A stretch of DNA of 32,000 nucleotides from Candidatus Saccharimonadota bacterium (lineage in GTDB: Bacteria > Patescibacteriota > Gracilibacteria > Absconditabacterales > Absconditicoccaceae): the NCBI GenBank assembly GCA_000503875.1, contig CP006913.1:630001-662000 (forward strand), written 5' to 3'. The position numbers were made by a program, and so were the translations under genes. The notes beneath the pieces are model-generated. The model saw nothing but the letters and a program-made list of their open reading frames with translations. It did not search any database and was not told the DNA's origin. Below are positions 20,901 to 28,616 of this stretch, one piece after another (the first letter of the stretch is position 1; each line of letters opens with the position of its first letter).

Positions 20901-23579
20901 TACACGACAAGTAGCAGTTTTCTAAAATATTATAATATTGCTACATGAGTAACTATTGGAAATAATGCATTACAAGGAACTGGAGAATTTGTTTATTTAT
21001 GATGGAAGACAGGTCAAAAACTAACTACAAATACAAACGAATTTTTAAATAACTCCATAAATGTTTTAGGAAATAAATATTTATGGCCTCGATCAAATAT
21101 TACTCGTGGACAAATTGCATCATGGAATTATGCAGATACAATGACAACATCATTTGGACAAGATATTCCAATACAAATACAACCAGTAAGACGAAGTTGA
21201 TCTACACTTGTTTATTACTGAACATCAGGAACAGATTGGAACCAAAATTATTTTATTTGATCAAAGACACTTCCAACCAAAATAGATGTAGAAATAGATA
21301 AAGCTATTAGTGATAGTAGTGATACATCAAGAACAATTCTTCTTTCATGACAAGGAACATTCAATTATGCTATAAGTTGAAACCTAACAACAAATCCATC
21401 ATGATCTTTTACAGACAATACATCTATACCTGTTACATTATCATCATCAGCTGATGGAGCAAAAAACATTATAGTACAAATACGAACAGGACAAAATAAT
21501 CCAACTCATTATCAACCAGTAACATTTGTAGATTCAGCACCTCCTACGACACCGCTACCAATTCAACCTTTACAAAATTATACAGGTTACGCTAATTTTG
21601 TAACAGCAAATATAGATTTTGAATGGTTTGCAAGTACCGATGATGGAATAGGAATGAGTTGATACGTATTGGAAATCAGTACAGGAAATGATTTCTCTAC
21701 AATACTTTATCGTAGTACAGGATATACGACAACAAAAACAGTCGCTCTCAAAGAAAACACCTACTATTGGAGAGTTAGAGCTTTTGATAAAGCATTAAAA
21801 TATTCTCTTTATAGTGCAACCTGGTCATTTAATGTTGAGACTAACTTCACCCAAGAATATGACCCACCTAGTGTACCAACAATAAGCTATCCAAGTAACA
21901 AAACCGTATTTAATACAACAGGCATGAATATACTATGGACGGCAAGTACAGATACAGGAATTTGATTGAGTTGATACATATACCAAATAAGTACAAATAT
22001 CTGATTTACAAACATTATTTTATCTTGATCAACAATAGAAACAGGACAAACCATAGCAAATATAAATGATTGAATTTATTATACAAGAATTGCAGCTAGC
22101 GATTATCTAGATAATATAAGTAATTTTTCAAATACGATCGAATTTAGTATTGATACAACGAATCCTACAATTATTTTCACTTGATCAACTCCATCAGACA
22201 ATGCTATTATAACAGGAAACACCTTCTCTGGACTAGCAGAAATCACAGAAGAAAACTTAAATATACTGACACAAAACCGAAATGGAACTAACTATCCTAT
22301 CTATGATAGTTGACTTGTTTTAATGATGAACTTTGATAATAAACTATGATTGGGTGAAACAACTTGATGAATTATCAAAGATTTTTCTCAATATTGAAAT
22401 CATGGAACAGGATATAGCGGAGTTACTCGAACTTGAAATGGTAAATTTTGATGAACTTATGTTTTTGACGGAATAAATGATTATATGCAAGTTAAAAAAA
22501 ACAATACAGATATTAAAACATGAAGCATATCTATAAGTTTTTGGATAAAATCTCAAACTTGAAATAACAAAATTATCATTTCAAATTGAAACGTTCATGC
22601 TGGATGTATTTCTTATTGAGAATGATTTGAAATAATAAAAACAAACAATGGATATAATTTTGGATTATGTAAATTATGAAAATGATACAAATTATTAGAT
22701 TCTCCTATAATAGACTCAAATGACAATAAATGGCACTTTGTTACAACTATTTTTGATAGTCAAAATCAAAAAATGTTGGTATATATAGACGATTTACCCG
22801 CAACAGAAACATCAACAAATTATTGAGGGGATAATATTATCTGAGATTTAGGTTTTATAAATATATGATGACGAACAATAACTAGTTATTTATCTTGATC
22901 AATTGATGAAGTCCGTATCTATAACCGTGCCCTTTCATCCTGAGAAGTACTTCAACTTTATAGAACAAATCTCTCAAAAACAGATACAGACAAATGGCAA
23001 TTCACGACACAACAACAATGTCTTCCTGATTGAGCATATAATTACAGCGTAACAACAACTGATGCGGTAAACAATAGTATTTCAACAGGTAGAAATCTGA
23101 GTATTCAACTTCCAAATCCAACTATAGGTACTCCTCTTTACGGACTTAATTTACCATCAATAGCAAGTGCTAAACAAGAAACAGAAATCATAGAAGATTT
23201 TTCATGAGCGGATAATACATTCCGAGTCTATGATACCAAAGGATATACAGGATGGTACAGTACAATCCAATTATCTTGAAGCTTAAGTAATCAAGAATGA
23301 ACATTATCTATACCACAAGAAAATATCGAGTTTAAAGCAAACAATGCTATTACCACATTGGAAGGTATTCCATCATCATGAGTAACCCTCGCAACAGGAA
23401 TAAATGAATACAAAGCAATGACAGGAATTTATAATTATATGGTCAAAAACATTACTCCAGAATGTTCTTCGTGTATCATAGGTAAATATGGTAACAATCC
23501 TTCATTAAAAATAACAATTCCTGCTTATCAAAAGCCTGATTTATATAATGGAACGTTGATATTTACTCTCTACAATTAA
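5799..23579 (+). CDS. Giant (5,926-aa) N-terminally membrane-anchored multidomain surface protein; putative adhesin or glycan-binding protein
   Basis: I translated frame 0 by hand codon by codon from 5748 to 23579. There is no TAA or TAG between ATG 5799 and TAA 23577-23579, and about 290 in-frame TGAs. The N-terminus MRHENRIRSTKILRWAL[G]IFLYSLPFFLYIVF has a basic n-region followed by a hydrophobic span. Recognisable extracellular modules run the whole length (see sub-features), and at least 17 module junctions have the form [IVLY]D-x-x-[AP]P. Many TGAs fall on motif glycines, for example D-S-G-G-N-S-Y-I-V-[G], GKF[G][G] and [G]SIDEVRIYNRAL. Confidence 0.9.
6153..6206 (+). repeat. Three copies of an 18-nt in-frame tandem repeat (ACTTGAGAyAATCAAAmA) encoding T-G-D-N-Q-T
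   Basis: The copies are at 6153-6170, 6171-6188 and 6189-6206, and the G is a TGA codon. The 16-mer ACTTGAGATAATCAAA recurs in frame at 17703-17718. Confidence 0.9.
8319..8918 (+). repeat. Two copies of a 300-nt tandem duplication, each encoding one Ig-like 'ISINxGAAYTNN...GTKTVYV...D.A.N.S' module
   Basis: Copy 1 (8319-8618) reads PPTGTISINAGAAYTNNAAVTLTLSASDGYGISAMMFSCNN...AGCTTTQGTKTVYVMYRDNAGNRSTAISDTIVYDTIA. Copy 2 (8619-8918) reads PTSTTISINGGAAYTNNATVTLGLSASDTNGITQMQFSCNN...AGCTTTQGTKTVYVRFKDIAENRSTVINDTIIYDTVA. The DNA is roughly four-fifths identical by eye. Confidence 0.85.
9219..9440 (+). other. Chitobiase/beta-hexosaminidase C-terminal-like (Fn3-associated) domain, copy 1
   Basis: PPTCTTSQYFSSLLSVFCSASEGTIKYTTNGTDPTCSSSTRLNQSFSPTTTLRVGACDTAGNIS fits the I-x-YTTDGS-x-P...ttlka-a-D-aGN-S pattern. 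Confidence 0.55.
11802..12035 (+). other. Chitobiase/beta-hexosaminidase C-terminal-like domain, copy 2
   Basis: PSCTLSQYFSGTIAVTCTVGAGGTQIRYSTNGVDPSSTGTIWSNQSFSSNTTLKAISCDALNN is a paralogue of the 9219-9440 segment. Confidence 0.55.
12036..13190 (+). other. Run of about four OmpL47-like / Ig-like modules
   Basis: A recurring pattern is W(R)-N-T-D..T..T..DAG-x-G..-Y...G......YYSTD-x-x-GN-x-E, for example SRTNTDQTITLSPTDAGAGVANTYYCITTSGGNC...SKQIKYYSTDNLNTDETIKTSVVINIDKQGP. Family assignment is from memory only. Confidence 0.45.
14589..15860 (+). other. Seven-blade SBBP-type beta-propeller repeat array
   Basis: There are seven units of about 60-61 aa of the form [WR]A[KQ]xAGGxxxDxGxG[IV]xxDSxGNSYIVGxFxGTGYFGSxxLVSxGxxDxF[IV]AK[IL]SSTG[QE][WYF]L. 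This is the canonical SBBP motif (G-x-D-x-G-x-GIAVD-x-x-GN-x-Y-V-T-G...DAFVAKL). My hand count is 46 TGA and 28 GGN glycine codons in this segment. Confidence 0.8.
15375..15713 (+). repeat. Near-identical direct duplication of one propeller blade (period 183 nt)
   Basis: 15375-15530 and 15558-15713 are 156 nt each and differ at 3 positions (G/A, C/T, A/G), so they are about 98% identical. Confidence 0.9.
16125..21530 (+). repeat. Three tandem supermodules of about 1.8 kb, each an FN3-like domain, a conserved Cys-bracketed head and a right-handed parallel beta-helix (PbH1-like) region
   Basis: The supermodules span 16125-17915, 17916-19778 and 19779-21530. Each opens with W-x-x-S-x-D...SG[IL]SGY-x-[LY]-x-I[SA]. 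Next comes YFGSG..F...W.S..C....FPYT.L..N.IY.L.EG.H......F.G.C.ALVG. After that come N/I/Y-rich turns of about 22 aa, such as NN-x-I-x-N-x-x-x-x-x-N-x-YGI-x-L. A shorter fourth copy of the helix head lies near 6290-6720. Confidence 0.65.
21531..22170 (+). other. Two FN3-like domains
   Basis: The first reads FEWFASTDDGIGMSGYVLEISTGNDFSTILYRS...YYWRVRAFDKALKYSLYSATWSF. The second reads ILWTASTDTGIGLSGYIYQISTN...YYTRIAASDYLDNISNFSNTIEFSID. Confidence 0.55.
22302..22964 (+). other. LamG / concanavalin-A-like lectin domain (Laminin_G_3-like)
   Basis: The segment contains LVLMMNFDN...DFSQYGNHGTGYSGVTRTGNGKFGGTYVFDGINDYMQV...ISISFWIKS...NKWHFVTTIFDSQNQKMLVYIDD...LSGSIDEVRIYNRALSSGEVLQLY. These are the hallmark GKFG-x-A-x-x-FDG, W-H-x-V and IDEVRIYNRALS-x-x-E strings. 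Confidence 0.75.
23196..23576 (+). other. C-terminal WxL-like domain (tentative)
   Basis: DFSGADNTFRVYDTKGYTGWYSTIQLSGSL...GTLSIP...IPAYQKPDLYNGTLIFTLYN* resembles the F-x-V-x-D-x-R-G...GW proximal motif and the Y-x-G-x-L-x-W-x-L distal motif of Gram-positive WxL surface-anchoring domains, but with F in place of W. There is no LPXTG and no C-terminal TM. Confidence 0.35.
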
Positions 23580-23606
23580 TAACCTCAAAAAAACAGCCTC
23601 TAAAAT

Positions 23607-23634
23607 TTGCTTTTTTAGAAAAAAGATTTATACT
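23607..23634 (+). promoter_or_regulatory. Candidate promoter for the TIM-barrel gene
   Basis: TTGCTT (23607-23612), a 16-nt spacer, then TATACT (23629-23634), about 40 nt upstream of ATG 23673. The same hexamer pair occurs at 28077-28106. Confidence 0.35.
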
Positions 23635-23672
23635 TTAGGACGATTATCTATTTATTACATAAAACAAAAAAA

Positions 23673-24539
23673 ATGGCTGATATCTTCTTCGATATGGAAG
23701 AACCAACAAACGGGAAAGAGAACAAAACTCCAGAAAAAAACAAAAAGGATTGATCTCCTAAGTTTTTGATGAGCAGTGATGCTTTTTCCAATTGTGGACT
23801 TGATTTAATTTTTGAATTAACAAAAGAAGCCGGATTCGACTGATTAGATTTAGCTATATGGAAAAATTTTGATGCTCGAAACGTAGATTACGTGAAAAAG
23901 CTATCAAAAAAGCATGAATTACCAATCAAAGTTATCCAAGTATCAGAAAATATAAATCAAAAAGAATTAAACAAAGCCTTAGATCTTTGTGAAGCAACAG
24001 GTGCCGATACAATTACAATCAATGCTCCAAAATTTTTCAATATGAAATCATTTAACTTTTTGGAAGATAATCTAGAAGCTTATAAAAAAGATAACAAACA
24101 TATTCATTTCAGTATTATCAATCCTGAAGATTCCAATGTATTTGCGCTTCCAATACCTAAATATCGTTTTACTAATATTGTAGATATCATCAAAAAATAT
24201 GGATGTTACCTAGGATTGGATATTGCAAATTTTGATGCGGATGTTTTGGAAAATGATTTTACAAGAAAATTATCATCATTTCTCCCCTATATATCAGTTC
24301 TCTATTTCTCAGACAAAAATAGAGTTGGTGATGGGCATCTCCTTCCTGGAGAATGAACATTAAAACTAGAAAGCTTTCTCAAAAAGATAAAACAAATAGG
24401 ATTTAACCGCTATTTCAGTAGCAAAGTAATCATAAGTAAATCAGATTTAGCTGATTCAGAAAAACTAGCAACTATCCTCAAAAAAATAAGAAATTATTAC
24501 AAAGAACAATTCGAAGATCTTACCATAGATGAAGATTAA
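23673..24539 (+). CDS. Xylose-isomerase-like TIM-barrel protein (sugar phosphate isomerase/epimerase / AP-endonuclease-2 superfamily), 288 aa
   Basis: A frame from ATG 23673 joins to track ORF 23892..24356 and continues to TAA 24537-24539, with 3 in-frame TGAs. The motifs are EAGFD[TGA]LDLAIW (the canonical aGFDGvEl) and GDGHLLPGE[TGA]TLKLESFLKKIKQIGFNRYF (H-x-P-x-G-x-G-x-i...l...gy-x-g). Confidence 0.65.
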
Positions 24540-24542
24540 TAG

Positions 24543-24575
24543 AAAAAGCCAGCTCCAAAGAGACTGGCTTTTTTT
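24543..24575. terminator. Bidirectional rho-independent terminator shared by convergent transcription units
   Basis: AAAAA-GCCAG-ctccaaagaga-CTGGC-TTTTTTT. The A-run supplies the U-tract for the minus-strand mutL-tig unit, and the T-run serves the plus-strand TIM-barrel gene. Confidence 0.6.
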
Positions 24576-24578
24576 ATA

Positions 24579-24779
24579 TTATTTCTTTTTGGTTCTAAAA
24601 ACAAAATAAATAATCAATAGCGGTAATGCAAGTATTTTTTTGAATGTTGGACGTATCCAAAAAACTGCCGGATATTGCTTTAATAGCATCTCCAAAAAAA
24701 GCGAGAACTTGTTAATTTCCTTATGAGCATCAAACGGATATTTGAGAAAATCCCAAAGAAAACGAAACATAAGACACAA
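24579..24779 (-). CDS. Hypothetical small hydrophobic protein (66 aa)
   Basis: It has an ATG start and a TAA stop. It lies 25 nt downstream of tig and immediately upstream of the shared terminator. The C-terminal segment ILALPLLIIYFVF looks like a TM followed by RTKKK. I see no homology. Confidence 0.3.
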   Translation of the reverse strand: MCLMFRFLWDFLKYPFDAHKEINKFSLFLEMLLKQYPAVFWIRPTFKKILALPLLIIYFVFRTKKK

Positions 24780-24804
24780 ATTTTAAAAAGTATAAAAGCT
24801 AATA

Positions 24805-26064
24805 CTATTTTTTAGCTGGTTTTTTAGGTTTCTTTTCCCCTTCTTCCTTTATAGAAGCACTTTTACCCGCAGAAAGTTTTTCATATAATTTTCTTTCTAT
24901 TTCCAAATCAACTGGTTTTTCTCGATTAATATCAAGTTTTAATTCTTCAGCGATTTTTTGGAGAATAAAGAATTTCTCAAGACTTTCTGAAGCAGCTAAA
25001 GAGATATCATCTACGAATTTTTTTGCTTTTTCTTCTCCCATTTGTTTAAAATAAGCATTCATTTTTTCTTTTCCACCAAATCTTTTTTCAAGATTTTCTA
25101 GTCTTACACGTACTTCTTGGCTAAGAAGTGTTTGAGGAATAATAACTTCCATATATTTTTCTCTGATAATTTTGAGAAAATCTTCAACTTCTTTAATTAA
25201 TTCTGTATCAAATTTTTGTGTAGAAATACTTTCATCAATATATTTCAATAAATCAGCTTCGTTTTTAACTTCAGATTCTTTACCAAACAATCTAAGTAAA
25301 GTTTCTTCATTAATTTCTGGTAAAACAACGTTTTTGATATCAGTTAACACAAATGCAATAGTAGTTGGTTTGCTATCTGCTTTTTTTGTTTGTACGGTAG
25401 GTGGCAAATCTTTTTCTTTGTAAGGGATAGTAAAACTTTCATTTTTCTTTTTACCAACAAAAGTATCTACGAAAAACGGGAATTCTTCAAATTCTTGTTC
25501 TCCTACATACAAAATACCCTTGTCTACTTCTTGTCAATCTTTATCCAAAAAAGACATGGATACTTTTGATATACCTTGACGAGTCATTGTATCAGTATCT
25601 ACATAATCAGCATAATTTTTTTTGAGACGAAGCAATGCCTCATCTATCTCTTCTTTTGTCGCTTTAGGGGAAATGGTTTTCATAGTAAGTGATGTCCAAT
25701 CCTTGTTTTTTGTAATAACTTCGGGAAATATATCCAATTTCAATGAAACAACAGTGTCATCACCTTTTTTATCTTGCTTTACATCATATGGTTCACCAAT
25801 AAATTTAATAGAAGATTCTTCGGTTACAACTTCTTGTAATCCTTTATTGATAAGATGTTCATAAATACTCATAGAAACATATTCTGGTTGTATTTGTTCT
25901 TCTACCAAATGCATAGGAACAAATCCCTTTCTAAAACCAGGTAAACTAAGATCTTTTTGAAATCATTTCAATGCTTTTTCTTTTCCTTTAGCGTAATCAT
26001 CAGCACTCAATGTGAGTTCAATATCATAAAACGCACCTGTTCCTTTAGCTACTTTTTTTTGCAT
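24805..26064 (-). CDS. tig: Trigger factor (419 aa)
   Basis: A 1260-nt frame from ATG (complement of 26062-26064) joins track ORFs 25534..25914 and 24805..25512 across 2 in-frame TGAs. It has the ribosome-binding signature LPGFRKGFVP and a Lys-rich tail. The stop is TAG. Confidence 0.9.
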
Positions 26065-26146
26065 TACAAAAACTATTTAACGAATAAAATCCTATAATAA
26101 ATATAGATTCAATAACGAAAAACAAGATAAACTATAAGCTATAAAC

Positions 26147-27997
26147 TTACCTATCAAAAAATTTATCTATAGTCTTTTTTTCAATTTTGACAAAAAACGG
26201 TCTTCCATGCTGACAAACAAACATTCACTGGATATATTCAAAGCCATCTTTCAAAAGACGGGTCATTTGTTCATAAGACAAAGGATCTCATGCTTTGATA
26301 GAGATTTTACACGCTTTTGTTGCAAAAATAGCATCCAAAATATGATCAAACGTAATAAGTTGTAACGCCAAAATATAGGTAAATAGATATTCAATATCCA
26401 CCTTATACATACTAAAAATTTGAGGTACTGCATAGACAATAATTTTGGTTTCTGATAATAATGAGCAATCAAATCATAAATTATTAATCTGATCTATTTT
26501 TTCTTGAATATCTCCTCTTTTGGGAACATCTACAGTCAACGGTTGTAATAATAACTCTGATTTAACATATCATGCAGATTTTTTCATTTTTTCAAAGGCA
26601 ATTCTTTCTGCTAATGCATGCTGATCAATATAAAACAAAGATTCTTGGGTTGAAACTACAATATAACTATTCCAAACCTGGCCAACCACCTGATATGTTC
26701 ACAATTGTTCATGAAAATACTGAGCCTGAAGCTCTTGTCCAGAAAACCCTATCGTAGAAGATTGAATATGTCAAAAACCACCAGGGAATCCTGCTGGAGG
26801 GGGAGGAGAATCAGAGGCAAACAGAGATTCCGCCACTGCGCCTCCCCCTCCACTCGCACCAAATCATCAACTCGCATCAAATCATCCATTTCCACTACCA
26901 AATTCACTACTTTCACTACCAAATTCTCAGTTTTCATTAGCAAATCTACCATGCTCTCCAGTTCAATTAGTTCAAAATTTCGAAAACGTATGTTCTACGC
27001 TCACTATTTTGTTGATCCCCAAGGTTTTTTTTACCGATTCATGTACCAATGAAAAAATAGAATTAGGATCAAGAAATTTTACTTCACTTTTCTTGGGATG
27101 CACGTTGACATCAACAAATGAAGGTTTAACCGTCAACATCAAAATTGCAAATGGGTATTCTCCAGGAGTAATCTGTCTTACATATGCATCCAAGAGTGCC
27201 TTTTTGATTATTTTATCCATAACTGGCCTTCCATTGACGTATATTTTTATCGTTTCAGCTGATCCAAACGTCAATCCAGCATCAGAAACAATTCATTGAA
27301 TTTGTATATTTTCATTTTCTGATTCAACAGGTTTTAGATATTTTGATCGATCTTTTCTCCAAATTTGTAAAATTCTTTCCATCAATCAATCTGTCGGAGG
27401 GAGATCAAAAGCAACTTTATCGTTTTTCAATAAAGTAAAATGCTTATCATAATGGAACATTGCTACATCGACAAAATAATTATAACAATAAAAATATTCT
27501 GTCTGAGATGATTTGAGAAATTTCAATCTTGCAGGAACATTATAAAACAAATCTTGAATAGAAACAATAGTACCGTGTTTAAATCCTACGGGGACATGTT
27601 TCATAACCAGACTTTGTTCTATTTTTGTAAGTTTAGTAGCTATTTCTGCATACGCAGTCTTGGAAATAATACTTGTTTTGCTTACTTCTGCAATACTTGC
27701 TAATGCTTCACCACGAAATCCATAACTTTGCAAGTTGTATAAATCCTGTTCTCCATTGATTTTTGAAGTTGCATATCTTTCCAACAATAAATCCATATCA
27801 GAAAGTTCAATTCCTGTTCCATTGTCTTCTACGCTAATAAGTGATTTACCACCATCATTAACGGTGATTTTTATATGTGTTGCTCCAGCATCAAGACTAT
27901 TTTCTACAAGTTCTTTGATAACAGAAGCTGGTCTTTCAACAACCTCCCCCGCTTTCAATCTATTGATCATATAATCAGGTAGCTTATGTATCGCCAT
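26147..27997 (-). CDS. mutL: DNA mismatch repair protein MutL (616 aa)
   Basis: The GHKL ATPase N-terminus reads IKELVENSLDAGA...VEDNGTGI...GFRGEALASI. The transducer region reads IYVNGRPV...YPFAILMLTVKPSFVDVNVHPKKSEVKF. A Gly-rich linker follows. The C-terminal dimerisation domain reads YIDQHALAERIAFEK...CQHGRPFFVKI. The frame is a single 1851-nt run with about 15 in-frame TGAs and a TAA stop. Confidence 0.9.
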
Positions 27998-28076
27998 AAT
28001 ATTTCTTAAGAGTATTTAAAACCAATAATTAAGTTCAAAGTAGTAGATAGTAACGTTACCAAATTAACTAAATCTC

Positions 28077-28106
28077 TTGCTTTTTCAATCGAATTCTATG
28101 TATACT
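28077..28106 (+). promoter_or_regulatory. Candidate promoter for the ftsB-like/FKBP/orphan/nrdR gene string
   Basis: TTGCTT (28077-28082), an 18-nt spacer, then TATACT (28101-28106), about 30 nt upstream of ATG 28139. Confidence 0.3.
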
Positions 28107-28138
28107 AGATTATATTATACCTATTATAAACATTATCT

Positions 28139-28549
28139 ATGAATAAATTCAAAGAATTCTTATTGCGCCATCCTACTCGTTCAAAATACCTATTGCTAAT
28201 AATAGACATTTTTTTCGTACTCGTTGCTACCAAAATGTTTGTTAATTATAATAACATTAAAATGGCTATCGATGAAACAGCACTACAATCAGAAAATAAA
28301 AAGTTAGAACTTGCTTTTACAGAAAATTTCCAACTTCCTTATGAAAAATCTGAATATGCGGAATTTTTTCTAAAACACGAAAACAATATATTGCTTCCCA
28401 AAGAATTTATTGTTAAATTTCAAATGATAACCCCAGACACTACCACAGGCAATAATCAAAAGACAGAAGATAGAACGCGTTTTATTGATTCTCCTCAAGA
28501 ATGACGAAAACAATTCTTTTACGAACAACTCTTCCTCAAAAAGGAATAA
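28139..28549 (+). CDS. Bitopic membrane protein, putative septum-formation initiator (FtsB/DivIC-like), 136 aa
   Basis: Track ORF 28139..28504 extends through one TGA to TAA 28547-28549. It has an N-terminal TM (YLLLIIDIFFVLVATKMFV), a short coiled-coil-like stretch (ALQSENKKLELA), and SEYAEFFLKHENNILLPKEFIV, which resembles the DPEYIEKVAREKLGLVKPGEIVF tail of DivIC/FtsB. Confidence 0.45.
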
Positions 28550-28616
28550 GAAAACATTGAAAGAATGACTAAAATATATACCTTTAGACAAGCTTTTTAT
28601 TTTAACACAAAAAAAA

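Noticed and set aside
23580-23672. A possible terminator after the giant gene: the hairpin TCTAAAA-N7-TTTTAGA near 23599-23619.
   Set aside because: The stem is almost entirely A/T and is followed by an A-run rather than a T-run on the plus strand. This is not convincing, so transcription may read through into the TIM-barrel gene or stop by another mechanism.
26705-27052. Plus-strand track ORF (115 aa, Ser/Thr/Lys-rich) and the minus-strand off-frame ORF 26749..26952.
   Set aside because: Both lie inside mutL and arise from its low-complexity Gly-rich linker. The mutL frame reads continuously through this region and rejoins a canonical C-terminal domain.
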